Source: Promethearchaeota archaeon (GTDB lineage Archaea; Asgardarchaeota; Thorarchaeia; Thorarchaeales; Thorarchaeaceae). From it: a stretch of DNA of 64,000 nucleotides. The notes under the pieces are model-generated. The model made no database searches. It had not been told where the DNA came from and saw only the letters and a list, made by a program, of their open reading frames with translations. Made by a program: the position numbers and the translations under genes. The DNA is taken from NCBI GenBank assembly GCA_014728035.1, contig WJMJ01000123.1, positions 40,299 through 104,298 on the forward strand. Reading direction: 5' to 3'. Shown piece after piece: positions 20,681-30,146 of this stretch; position 1 is the first letter of the stretch; every line of letters begins with the position of its first letter.

Positions 20681-22036
20681 GTGATGAAATTGCACGCCTC
20701 AAGAAATCTTACTCTCGTTTGGATTATTTCGTTATTGCTGTTACCTGCTGTTCTGGCACCAACAGTAGCTGCTTACACACCTGGTGATGAAGCAGAAATT
20801 TTCGGTCACAGCTTTTCGGAAGAATATTGGACGAATGACTCGATAATTGTATCAAATGAGGATACAGGAAATGAAGCTAGTCTGACTGCATCTTATGTCG
20901 GTGTCGGAGATTTTCAAGCTTTCCTGATTGCTTTCAATAACATTAGCACCGGTGATGATGTGTTACAATTGCCGTATCAGCTTTTTGGAATGCATTATCT
21001 TACACCTGAAAATCAGGAAGTCTTCATTGGTGCCATTTTTGCCTTCTTATTGGTTCATAACGAGTCTTATGGGAACAATAATCTTCCTGATGTTGGGAAT
21101 GAGAACGCATGGTACATTGTTCCATTTACACGGAATCTTCCATGGGCTGATGTAAATCCTACAGTTGAAGCTATTCCTACAACAAAACTTGGAGATAACC
21201 ATTATCGTTTTGGAATGCGATACAACAATATGACTGCAAAGATTGTGAATAGTAATGGTACCTTTCTAGACTATTTGCTAGCACCTTTCATGACTGTACT
21301 CTTCTCTGAATTTGTTGTTGAATATGATATTGTGATAAATGAAGATGGCACAGTTAATGCAGAAACGCTATACACGATTGGCCAAGTACAACGTGTTAGA
21401 ATTGGTCTTATTGATGAGACCCCTACTGATGTGATATCTGATTCGATGTGCATTTCTGCAGTGCATTACCTCTCGATTTTCACTTCTGAGTATAACGTAA
21501 CTCGAACATCAAGTGGAAATACTATCGAACCTCCAACAAGCACTAATCCAATTGATGATAACATCACCATTACAATTGGAAACAACACACAACGTGCATT
21601 TGATATTGGGATGGGGCGAGAGTACGCACTCTTGAATGAGTCCACAACTCCTTGGGATATTATCTTAGAGTCTGAAAATGCTCTAAATTCTCTGCTTGGA
21701 GCGAGAAGGAGTGATTTCTTCCTAATCTCTTGGCAGGCACCCATGTCAGCTTGGCTATTCTCCCACATGGCTTATGGTCTCTCGCGACAGGTTCGCAGAA
21801 CATACAACAGTGTAAATAATCTTGTGAGAAATTCAGCTGCTGCATTTCACGATAGCCAATGGTGGTATGCTGTGACATTTCCTGAATGGAATGGATATCG
21901 TATTCAACAAGATCCTGTTTATACTGCATATACCAATCTTTCTGAAGATGTGTCTGGTGGCAGAACCGGATTCCTTCTTATTGCTGTTGGCATAATAGCT
22001 TTACTAGCAATTGCTGTTGTTGTAAAACGAAGATAA
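20681..22036 (+). CDS. Secreted/cell-surface protein with C-terminal TM anchor
   Basis: Signal peptide, many N-x-S/T sequons, C-terminal TM helix followed by KRR. Confidence 0.7.
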   Translation: MMKLHASRNLTLVWIISLLLLPAVLAPTVAAYTPGDEAEIFGHSFSEEYWTNDSIIVSNEDTGNEASLTASYVGVGDFQAFLIAFNNISTGDDVLQLPYQLFGMHYLTPENQEVFIGAIFAFLLVHNESYGNNNLPDVGNENAWYIVPFTRNLPWADVNPTVEAIPTTKLGDNHYRFGMRYNNMTAKIVNSNGTFLDYLLAPFMTVLFSEFVVEYDIVINEDGTVNAETLYTIGQVQRVRIGLIDETPTDVISDSMCISAVHYLSIFTSEYNVTRTSSGNTIEPPTSTNPIDDNITITIGNNTQRAFDIGMGREYALLNESTTPWDIILESENALNSLLGARRSDFFLISWQAPMSAWLFSHMAYGLSRQVRRTYNSVNNLVRNSAAAFHDSQWWYAVTFPEWNGYRIQQDPVYTAYTNLSEDVSGGRTGFLLIAVGIIALLAIAVVVKRR

Positions 22037-22042
22037 GTTATC

Positions 22043-22083
22043 ATTTCCCGGCCAGTTTCTGGTTGGGAAATTATTCTTTTTTT
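22043..22083 (+). terminator. Hairpin + T-tract terminator candidate
   Basis: atttcccggccag-ttt-ctggttgggaaat followed by T7. Confidence 0.55.
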
Positions 22084-22141
22084 GAAATGCGGGTAATTTA
22101 TGAGAGCTGATAGTACATGAAATTTTGAGGAAAATTCAGAT

Positions 22142-23671
22142 ATGTACGAACGGGTCTGTCAGTTCTCAAGTAGACTTCCAATTATTGGCAAATTTGGACC
22201 GCGTTATGAGGATAGGGATCTAACTAAAGCAGTAACATTTGTCCAACCAATGATGAAAATATCTGTAGCTGGTGTAGTATCTGCAGCGTATTTCTCGGGT
22301 TTGTTATCTTTTATTCTACTGTTTCTGCTGTTATTTTTACTAGGAACGGACCTGCTCGTCATATTCCCTCTTGCTTTCATTACAGCTATCATTACCTATT
22401 ATGTCATTATCAGTTATCCTGTTTCAGTGATGAATCGCTATAGATTAACTCTATCTGAGGAAGCAGATTTACTCTTTGAACAGTTTATTCTAGTATTTGA
22501 GGCCGGTGGTACAATCTTTGATGCAATTGAGATTGTAGCACAATCAAATCATGAGTATATATCTAATGCATTTCAAGAGATTCTTGGGAAAATTGACCAA
22601 GGAATCCCTCCTGAGGAATGTTTGAGTGAATTCGCTAAGAATCAACCTTCGGATGATCTGAGACGATACATTATGGCTATTCTCTCAGCATTAGAAAAGA
22701 AAACCGATTTGTTACAAATGCTTTCAGGAGAGTCTTTTGAGGCAGACCTAAGTCTTCGACAAAAAAATCTTGAACTTGAGAGTCGATTATTGATAGTTGC
22801 AGCATTAATCACATATGTTCCGATTATGTTCACATTAGCAGCGTCCCTTGCTGGATGGGCAACTAATCCAGCGATACTTGTGGTAGTTCCATTATTTATC
22901 TTGTTGAATATCATCCTGCGATCTCGTTTTTCGAATCAATTCTCAGCATATTTTGATAGACCTAGAAATCCGGAATTAGTTGGTCCTACTCAAAAAGAGA
23001 TTCTAGAAGAATACGAGGAGTTTCTGAATTTTATGATGTTGTTGGGTGAACGCATGAGTAATGGTGATACTTTGGAAGTAGCACTTTCTGAAGTCAGAGA
23101 TGATGTTGATGTTGAGGTTCAGCGACTGATTGATCCTGCAATTCATTCTATCTATGGAGAAGAACAAGATATCCATACCGCAATGAAGAAGGCGTCTGAG
23201 CAAGCTTTAGGGGAGCGAGTTTCAAATATGATTCTCATGGTTTCACGAATGACCGAAGTATCTTCTATTGAGGCAGGTGAGAGAATCACCAGAATTGCAG
23301 CTCGTCTTGTTGAAAGATCTGCAGTTGCGAAAGAACGTGATAGTATAATAGCTGCTCAAAAAATGAAAGTATACCTACTAACATTGACTAGTTCTATAGT
23401 CTTGGGGCTATTAGTTTCTTTAGCACCATTTCTTTCGATTGGATCACTTCTATCATCTGGACCCATGTGGTCTCCATCACTCGTTTCATATGTGGATATT
23501 CTTCCTTTGTATCTTTCACTGGGGATAATCTCTCTCTCTTCGGGTTATCAAAACACATTGATGGTTTCTGGTAACCGTCCTAAAGTATTTGGAATCGTTT
23601 GCATGTTGTTGTTTTGGATAACCGCTGCATTGACATCTAGTTTTCTAGGGCTTGATTACAGTTGGCAATAG
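22142..23671 (+). CDS. Type II secretion system F / TadBC / ArlJ-like membrane platform protein
   Basis: Two T2SSF-like repeats (AGGTIFDAI...GIPPEECL; SNGDTLEVAL) alternating with TM hairpins. Confidence 0.75.
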   Translation: MYERVCQFSSRLPIIGKFGPRYEDRDLTKAVTFVQPMMKISVAGVVSAAYFSGLLSFILLFLLLFLLGTDLLVIFPLAFITAIITYYVIISYPVSVMNRYRLTLSEEADLLFEQFILVFEAGGTIFDAIEIVAQSNHEYISNAFQEILGKIDQGIPPEECLSEFAKNQPSDDLRRYIMAILSALEKKTDLLQMLSGESFEADLSLRQKNLELESRLLIVAALITYVPIMFTLAASLAGWATNPAILVVVPLFILLNIILRSRFSNQFSAYFDRPRNPELVGPTQKEILEEYEEFLNFMMLLGERMSNGDTLEVALSEVRDDVDVEVQRLIDPAIHSIYGEEQDIHTAMKKASEQALGERVSNMILMVSRMTEVSSIEAGERITRIAARLVERSAVAKERDSIIAAQKMKVYLLTLTSSIVLGLLVSLAPFLSIGSLLSSGPMWSPSLVSYVDILPLYLSLGIISLSSGYQNTLMVSGNRPKVFGIVCMLLFWITAALTSSFLGLDYSWQ

Positions 23672-23721
23672 TTTTTATTACACCAAGTAATTGAAAGCTG
23701 TAGTTAGATGAGGTGTAAACC

Positions 23722-24375
23722 TTGCAAGGCTTAGGAATCTTCGATTTAACACTAGATGAAATCATGTTATTCTTCCAAAACGAATGGGTTGTTGGTTGGG
23801 TATTGATTCTATCAGGAGTTATTGCTGCAGCATGGCTCCTTGAAAATATCACTGACCCAATTCCTCTTCTCGGAACAATATTTGATATTCTCATCAAAGT
23901 AGGTACTTATGTCGGCTTTTTTGTCGGTATATTAGACATGCTAGTTGGGTATGTTGTCTGGGCTACAAACCCTGACGGCATTATTGTTGCTGCAGTTCTA
24001 GTAATTACTGGCTTCTCATTAGTAATGCGGTTGCTAGATAAGTTCCCATTAGCTTTGGTATTTGCTATTGCGGTTGCTGCCTTCGCCACATTTACCATAT
24101 ACGGTGCACTAGCACCTTATACAAGTGATCCTCTCCTTGGTGAAATTGCTACACAAGCTACATCTTTGAAGTGGATGGCAGTCATTGGTATCATTATCTT
24201 TTGTGTGGTTTATGTAATTGGTGGATTAGTAATCAAACTGATTCAACTGATTGGTAAGGTATTTTCATCGACACCTGTTAGTGTCTTAATTGGTCTTGCT
24301 GCAATAGCTATAGGAGTAATTGTTATTGTTGCTCCAGCAATTGTTGGTCTTGTAATACCTTGGCCAGGTACCTAG
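23722..24375 (+). CDS. Polytopic membrane protein of unknown function
   Basis: About 6 hydrophobic helices; GAGGTG RBS. Confidence 0.7.
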   Translation: MQGLGIFDLTLDEIMLFFQNEWVVGWVLILSGVIAAAWLLENITDPIPLLGTIFDILIKVGTYVGFFVGILDMLVGYVVWATNPDGIIVAAVLVITGFSLVMRLLDKFPLALVFAIAVAAFATFTIYGALAPYTSDPLLGEIATQATSLKWMAVIGIIIFCVVYVIGGLVIKLIQLIGKVFSSTPVSVLIGLAAIAIGVIVIVAPAIVGLVIPWPGT

Positions 24376-24380
24376 ATTCA

Positions 24381-24406
24381 GAGGGGAATACCCCTCCTTT
24401 CTTTTT
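24381..24406 (+). terminator. Hairpin + T-tract terminator candidate
   Basis: gagggg-aata-cccctc then ctttcttttt, between convergent genes. Confidence 0.5.
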
Positions 24407-24743
24407 ATTTTTCTAAAGGTTTTCGAATCTCTCTAAAAGACAAAAATTTCACTCCTAGGCCATTATAGAAGTGCTCTAGTGTATTCATGAACTTTTTTGC
24501 TGGAACTATCCCTGCAAACCATTTTGATACATACAACTGTCGTTGTTCTTCGGGAATTTCGATTGATATATGGTCTATACCTTCAGGGATATCGAGTCCA
24601 TCGGGTATAAAAAGAGCTACTCTGAACTCATTTTTTCCGCGTAACTCCATCCACATCTCGCAATACTCGCTCAATAGAATACCTCGTGTAGTTGATTCTC
24701 TGTTGTAGATAACAGTTATACTCTCATTTTGATTCAAATACAC
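24405..24743 (-). CDS. Hypothetical protein
   Basis: 112-aa ORF filling the gap between flanking genes. Confidence 0.55.
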   Translation of the reverse strand: MYLNQNESITVIYNRESTTRGILLSEYCEMWMELRGKNEFRVALFIPDGLDIPEGIDHISIEIPEEQRQLYVSKWFAGIVPAKKFMNTLEHFYNGLGVKFLSFREIRKPLEK

Positions 24744-24903
24744 TTAATCTTGTTCCTGTTGAATTGTATTTCTTACATCTCGCTCTCCCAAAGAGTTCTT
24801 ATACTAGCTTCGTATGGATACTATCAGCCATCAGTAGAATTGAATAACCAATAATCAAATCGGTTACACATTATTCTGCAGCGTGGAATTGATGGAGGTA
24901 AAT

Positions 24904-25467
24904 ATGGTGGTTAGTAAATCAGATGACGAAAAGAAATCTGGTGATAGAAAGAAAATTATCAGCGTTACCGTATCTCAGTCATTAGTAGACCGGATAGACG
25001 AATTGGTTCAAGAAAGAGTAGCTCGTTCCCGAGCCCAGCTAATCGAAGATGCAGTCAGATGGTATCTTGAACGAACTGTATACAAATGGACTGAACGCGG
25101 AATCTATATCGACTCCTTTAGAATCATATTGGAATCAGAAACCCTCTCATCTCTCTTTTTCTCGAAGCTTACTCCAACTGACCAGTATGAGTTAGGAAGA
25201 ACTGCAGGAAGTCAAGCTCCTTTTGCTGATGTGGTTCGTCTATTTCATGGACAGGATCCTACTAATCCGAATACAAGAGAACTAGTTTACAATCTACTCC
25301 AGGAAAATGGCTGGGGGTCGTTTAGCCAACGTGATGATATAATTGTCATTGCTAGTCCGTTTTATCCAGGTCCATTCATTCAAGGATATCTGGAAACGCT
25401 CTTAGATGTAGAACTAGAACTAATGGGTACCAATGTAAAAGATAATGTTGCATTAAAAATCAAATAA
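24904..25467 (+). CDS. Ribbon-helix-helix (CopG/NikR-like) regulator with V4R-like C-terminal domain
   Basis: IISVTVSQSLVDRIDELV...SRAQLIEDAVR, then YELGR, NGWGSF, FIQGYLE. GGAGGT RBS. Confidence 0.7.
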   Translation: MVVSKSDDEKKSGDRKKIISVTVSQSLVDRIDELVQERVARSRAQLIEDAVRWYLERTVYKWTERGIYIDSFRIILESETLSSLFFSKLTPTDQYELGRTAGSQAPFADVVRLFHGQDPTNPNTRELVYNLLQENGWGSFSQRDDIIVIASPFYPGPFIQGYLETLLDVELELMGTNVKDNVALKIK

Positions 25468-25508
25468 ACTGCAAAAGAGTTTGGTGGGTTGTAGGTTTTC
25501 GCTTTGAT

Positions 25509-25952
25509 CTACCACTCCTCACCCATCATTAGAATCTCAAATTCGCTTTCAAAAAGACCAGGAATGCTCTCCAGAGTGTTTCTGATTGAATTTTCCTTTG
25601 ATTTGATATCATCTGAGGAAAAGTATACTTCGTAGATACATCTATTCTGTTCAAAACAAAAGCCCGTAGAAAATAAGACCTTTAGATTCATTTCTTTAAA
25701 CAGCTTTGTCATGGTTTCCATCAGTTCTCTGTGAACCTTCTCAACTTCTAATCTGATTCTAGCTCCACTTTTTCTCATCATCGGAAAAAGTTTGATTTCA
25801 CCAGAACGTTCAAAATAGATGACCATTGCAGCTTGCATATCTTTCAGCATTGGGTTCGCAAAGAATTCTTCTGGAAGTGAAATGTTTCTTTTTTTTCGGA
25901 TATCAGCAATCATTCCTTTAGTAAGTCCGGCAGCCACGTTTGATACCTCCAA
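25509..25952 (-). CDS. Hypothetical protein with AbrB-like N-terminus and ACT-like C-terminus
   Basis: IRKKRNISLPEEF followed by a beta-alpha-beta-beta-alpha-beta pattern. Confidence 0.45.
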   Translation of the reverse strand: MEVSNVAAGLTKGMIADIRKKRNISLPEEFFANPMLKDMQAAMVIYFERSGEIKLFPMMRKSGARIRLEVEKVHRELMETMTKLFKEMNLKVLFSTGFCFEQNRCIYEVYFSSDDIKSKENSIRNTLESIPGLFESEFEILMMGEEW

Positions 25953-26039
25953 ACTCTCATTTATGAATTGGTGTTCATGTCCTTTTATCTATTTGGACCG
26001 TTGTCCAAGTTTTCACCATCTACTCACAACCCTGCAATA

Positions 26040-26924
26040 TCAGTCCTTTGTAATGACCAAAGACATCATAATAAACATAGCACCTACTAAGAGCATTGTA
26101 GATATTGGTTCTGAGAGCAGTATGATTCCTAAAACCAATGCAACTACTGTTTGCAATAACAAATATACTACTGATACAGTTCCTCCTAGAGTTTTGAGAC
26201 CGGCATAGTAGAGTATGTATGCTATCGCTATTGAAAATATTCCAAGATAAAGAGCGGCAGACCAAACTTCTATAGATGGACTTGCTAAACCAGTCATGGA
26301 TTCGAATAGCACTACACTAATGAGAAGTAGGAGCGAAGTGATTACTGCATTTGGAGCTGCAATCCGGATTGCATGTTCTGTTTTCTTCAACTCTTGATCT
26401 GCTATAACTATCCACAACGCCCACATTAATCCTGCACCAAGTGCTAGATAATCTCCAATTAGTGCACCTGAGAGTATCAAAGATATATCTCCTTCAGTCG
26501 TAATTAGAAAAGCTCCAATCAGACCAAGAATCAGAGCAAAAATTTCATTTCGCCGAATTGATTCCTTGAATATTGTCATGCTGAATAATGGAACAAAAGC
26601 AATCCCTAAATTCACCAGTAAACTTGTTTTTCCTGCAGTTGTTAAAGTTAGGGCGATATATTGCATCGCATAAGCGAGACCGTTGCAGACTCCAATCAAA
26701 ATTACAGTAGGTTTAGCAAATCCTTCAAGCTTTGATTTAAACTTCTCATCCCTCTCATACCACAATAGAGCAATCAATAGAACCACCGAACCGATGATAT
26801 TTTGCAGGAAACTGAATGTAAGTGGTTCGATGAACGTGACAGCAACTCTTCCAACGATGAATGATGACCCCCAAATGGCTGCTGAAATGAGCAAAAGCCC
26901 TTTCGCTCGGTTTCTTTCATTCAT
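26040..26924 (-). CDS. DMT/EamA family transporter
   Basis: AAIWGSSF, two 5-TM repeats, GDYLALGA, LLSEPIS. Confidence 0.9.
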   Translation of the reverse strand: MNERNRAKGLLLISAAIWGSSFIVGRVAVTFIEPLTFSFLQNIIGSVVLLIALLWYERDEKFKSKLEGFAKPTVILIGVCNGLAYAMQYIALTLTTAGKTSLLVNLGIAFVPLFSMTIFKESIRRNEIFALILGLIGAFLITTEGDISLILSGALIGDYLALGAGLMWALWIVIADQELKKTEHAIRIAAPNAVITSLLLLISVVLFESMTGLASPSIEVWSAALYLGIFSIAIAYILYYAGLKTLGGTVSVVYLLLQTVVALVLGIILLSEPISTMLLVGAMFIMMSLVITKD

Positions 26925-27049
26925 CTATAGAATCACCTTTTAATGATTGCAGTGAAATTGAAAAGGTCTACTTGAACTCTTGGTCATGAAGAAAATCATA
27001 AATCTAATGATTCTTAGATAGTATTGTATCTACTCTGGAGTATTTAGAA

Positions 27050-27175
27050 ATGGCAAAAGAAGGAGCAACTTATGTATGTGATATATGCCAACAAATTGTT
27101 GTTGTGCAAAAATCAGGTCCTGGAACTTTAGTATGCTGTGGACAACCCATGAGACTATATGCAGAAGAGGATTAA
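27050..27175 (+). CDS. Desulforedoxin-like Fe(Cys)4 protein, 41 aa (not in the ORF track)
   Basis: MAKEGATYVCDICQQIVVVQKSGPGTLVCCGQPMRLYAEED carries the CxxC...CCG.PM signature. GGAG RBS upstream. Confidence 0.85.
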   Translation: MAKEGATYVCDICQQIVVVQKSGPGTLVCCGQPMRLYAEED

Positions 27176-27182
27176 TCTGGTT

Positions 27183-27229
27183 GATGGCATTGAGTCATTC
27201 TAATCAGTGCCATTAGTCATTCTTTTTTT
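27183..27229 (+). terminator. Hairpin + T-tract terminator candidate
   Basis: gatggcattga...tcagtgccatt then T7. Confidence 0.5.
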
Positions 27230-27294
27230 AAATCGATAATATTTATTAGCGATTAGCTATCTCTGACGCTGAATTTCTTTATCGAGGTGGCATA

Positions 27295-27855
27295 ATGGCT
27301 GACCTACCTTCAATTATCATAAAAACTAGAAATCTTCTCAGCATGCGGGGTTATACTGTTTCCGAGCTATTTGAGTATGAAAACAGATATGTTCTTTATC
27401 CCATCCGTGAAAAGGACGGTAGTACTTACAAACAAGTCGTCTGGATTTTCAAAGAACCACTAGTTGTTGGAATTGCCTTCGTAAAAGATTTGTATTATGA
27501 AATGCAAGAAAAAGATGCGATTAACGGGATGTTAGTTGGAGGTCTGAGATTTACACCCGCTGCGAAGAAGGGAGCTCGTGGACGTCGAGTGGAACTGATT
27601 CAAGGGAATTATTCCTCTTTCGATTTATTTGACCATCATCTTGTTCCCCGTCATCGTATTGCAGAAGATGATGAAATCAATCTTCTTCTTAACTTCTATG
27701 GAATTACAAGGTCTGAACTACCAAGGATTATCCGTGATGATCCAGCAGTCAAAGTTCTTGGAGCACGCCCTGGTCAGGTTATCCGAATAGAAAGAGATAG
27801 TCTGGTTGCGGGAATTACATATTATTATCGACTAGTAATTGACGGTAAAAGATAA
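27295..27855 (+). CDS. rpo5: RNA polymerase subunit Rpo5/RPB5 with eukaryote-type N-terminal jaw domain, copy 1
   Basis: C-terminal HHLVPRHRI...LPRIIRDDPAVK...GQVIRIERDS..AG..YYYRLV. N-terminal RGY.V and VG...MQE...TPAAKK. Confidence 0.88.
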   Translation: MADLPSIIIKTRNLLSMRGYTVSELFEYENRYVLYPIREKDGSTYKQVVWIFKEPLVVGIAFVKDLYYEMQEKDAINGMLVGGLRFTPAAKKGARGRRVELIQGNYSSFDLFDHHLVPRHRIAEDDEINLLLNFYGITRSELPRIIRDDPAVKVLGARPGQVIRIERDSLVAGITYYYRLVIDGKR

Positions 27856-27878
27856 CCAATCGTAACCATTCAAGAAAC

Positions 27879-27905
27879 CTTATAACCCCAATTCAGAATT
27901 GGGGT
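27879..27905 (+). promoter_or_regulatory. TATA-like box abutting a perfect 21-bp palindrome (candidate operator of rpo5 copy 2)
   Basis: cttataa at 27879, then accccaattc-a-gaattggggt at 27885-27905. Confidence 0.55.
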
Positions 27906-27926
27906 CTTGGCCCTGGTGTTGATAAT

Positions 27927-28490
27927 TTGGTTGAATTTCCGACTGTTGTAATGAAAACAAGATCTCTCCTCACTTTAAGAGGATATGAGGTTGATGAGTT
28001 ATTCGAATATGAAAATCGTTACGTGATGCATCCAACTCGAACCAACTCTGAAGGGATTACCATCAAGATGATTGTTTGGGTTCTAAAAGAACCAAAAGTA
28101 GTCGGAGTCGCAGTTGCAAGAGATATTCAACGTGATATGATTGAAGAGGATGCTACTCGTGGTATGATTGTGGGTGGTGCACGTTTTACTCCTGCTGCAA
28201 AGAAACACTCTAGGAAAAATGGTATAGAACTGGTAGAAGGAAACTATGCATCTTTTGATCTATTTGGGCATGAATTAGTTCCTGAACACACAATTGCTGA
28301 TTCTGATGAAGTTGATCTAGTACTAGACCATTATGGAATTGACAAACCACACTTACCAAGAATCAGGCGAGATGATCCTGCTGTTCGTGTGTTAGGAGCA
28401 AGAACTGGTCAAGTCATTCGAGTCGAACGTGATAGTGCTACGGCAGGTCGAACATACTATTATAGACTTGTAATCGATTCTAAACGATAG
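27927..28490 (+). CDS. rpo5: RNA polymerase subunit Rpo5/RPB5 with eukaryote-type N-terminal jaw domain, copy 2
   Basis: HELVPEHTI...LPRIRRDDPAVR...GQVIRVERDSATAGRTYYYRLV. Colinear paralogue of copy 1. Confidence 0.88.
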   Translation: MVEFPTVVMKTRSLLTLRGYEVDELFEYENRYVMHPTRTNSEGITIKMIVWVLKEPKVVGVAVARDIQRDMIEEDATRGMIVGGARFTPAAKKHSRKNGIELVEGNYASFDLFGHELVPEHTIADSDEVDLVLDHYGIDKPHLPRIRRDDPAVRVLGARTGQVIRVERDSATAGRTYYYRLVIDSKR

Positions 28491-28491
28491 T

Positions 28492-29262
28492 CTATATTAC
28501 AATAACTCCAAGAATTGTTGCTACATAGAACATCACAATCGTACAAATCATTGGTACTGTTACATTATCTGTACCTTTTGGACTGACTAATTCCACTAAT
28601 GTTGCTGTTACTGCACCCGTTAGCGCTAGAAGAATCATCTCAACAAACAGAATTTCTCCGCTGCTGACAAATACTTGATAATTTACAATTCCAAAGAACC
28701 AGAAAGCAATCAATGAACCTATGAATCCAAAGATGAAAAGGGCAGAGCATCCGTGAAGACTTCTTTTTGAGCCTTTTATCTCAATACAATGATTGACACC
28801 CCATTTCATTCCAATTGGTGCTGATAGACCATCACCTAACATCATGATATGAATTGCAGCTGCAGCAACGAAATACCAAGCATCATTTCCAGTGAAAGTA
28901 AAAATTGCAGTGAGAACTGTAATAGAAACTGCGTACCAGAAGGGGCCTCTAACAGAATCACTCTCTTCATCTTCTGATCTCGCCATTGCATGGAAAAACC
29001 TTTCAAACCTCTTTGAGCTTGCCATTCCCAACATAATTACAAAAGTTAGAGCAACAAGAGTTGCCACCCATGGATGGGGATAGTATGGAACGGTCCATAT
29101 TGCAGCACCTGCAAACAGATGCACGATCTTTCTGGTAAAGTCCGACCCCATATCTAATTTCCTTCGTGCAACATCAGCAACTGTCAAGACAATAACAGCG
29201 TATAATACTGCGATAAAATATACAACGATGTCTTCGAAAGTGATTAGTAATTCGACCTGCAT
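28492..29262 (-). CDS. CTP-dependent polyprenol (dolichol/phytol) kinase family protein
   Basis: TRKIVHL, GDGLSAPIG, KRSLHG, ELVSPKGTDNVTVP. Confidence 0.85.
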   Translation of the reverse strand: MQVELLITFEDIVVYFIAVLYAVIVLTVADVARRKLDMGSDFTRKIVHLFAGAAIWTVPYYPHPWVATLVALTFVIMLGMASSKRFERFFHAMARSEDEESDSVRGPFWYAVSITVLTAIFTFTGNDAWYFVAAAAIHIMMLGDGLSAPIGMKWGVNHCIEIKGSKRSLHGCSALFIFGFIGSLIAFWFFGIVNYQVFVSSGEILFVEMILLALTGAVTATLVELVSPKGTDNVTVPMICTIVMFYVATILGVIVI

Positions 29263-29327
29263 TGATTAGCTCTCCAAGTAGATTTCCCGTAAAAACCTAA
29301 CAATATACTTATCGGAAATGTTGTTTT

Positions 29328-30146
29328 TTACGACTCGACTCTTCTTGCAGGTTTTCCTGATAGCTTTTCAAGCCCTTTTATCGCATCATCAATTCGTTCA
29401 TCTAAGGTTTCCTTCTTTTCTCCTCTTGCGGAAATCCATACTCTTAGCACAGCAGAATCTCCATATCTTTTCGGCATCGATTTCAGATATATTCCTTTTA
29501 CCGTTTTCATAATCTTGTCCAGAAATGGAGAAAAGACTGATTCATCTCGAAATGGAAACTCTACAATGCATTCGGAATATGTATTGTTTGCTCGCTGTTC
29601 TAACCAAGACTTAACAGAGTGATCAAAGATATACTTCAGCTCCGGAGGTACTCCCGGAAGACAAAATATTGTGAATGCCTCTTCATTGACCATTACACCT
29701 GGTGCTCCTCCAACCTGATTATCCAAAGGAACACTTCCTTGGGGAATATATGCCATTTTTCGCCTGCTATCAATCATATCTGGACTATCCACGATTCCTC
29801 TTTCAAAGAACATTCGATACTGACGTTTCACTATGTCAAGGGCTTTCTGGTTTTCTTCGAGTGGTTTTCCTAACCACCTTGCGACCGCTTTCAATGTCAT
29901 ATCATCGTGTGTAGGACCCAAACCTCCAGAGGTTATTATGATATTACAGGACTCAACTAGGAAATCCAAAGCTTTTCCGATTTCATCTATCTGATCTCTT
30001 ACTGAAATCAACCTTCTTACTTCTACAGAAAGCAACGCTAATCTAAGTTCAAGCCAATTTGAATTGGTATCTAGAACTAATCCATCTAATACCTCATCAC
30101 CAATTGAAAGAATTCCTGCAATCAGTTTCTTTTTCTCTTGCTTCAT
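29328..30146 (-). CDS. CinA-like molybdopterin-binding-domain protein
   Basis: IGDEVLDG..LDTN, SGGLGPTHDDMT, LPGVPPE. Confidence 0.88.
   Translation of the reverse strand: MKQEKKKLIAGILSIGDEVLDGLVLDTNSNWLELRLALLSVEVRRLISVRDQIDEIGKALDFLVESCNIIITSGGLGPTHDDMTLKAVARWLGKPLEENQKALDIVKRQYRMFFERGIVDSPDMIDSRRKMAYIPQGSVPLDNQVGGAPGVMVNEEAFTIFCLPGVPPELKYIFDHSVKSWLEQRANNTYSECIVEFPFRDESVFSPFLDKIMKTVKGIYLKSMPKRYGDSAVLRVWISARGEKKETLDERIDDAIKGLEKLSGKPARRVES

Noticed and set aside
27295-28490. Mrr restriction endonuclease, or an assembly duplication
   Set aside because: The catalytic D...QxK residues are not evident and the C-terminus is clearly Rpo5. The two copies are strongly diverged in DNA sequence, so they are not an assembly artefact.
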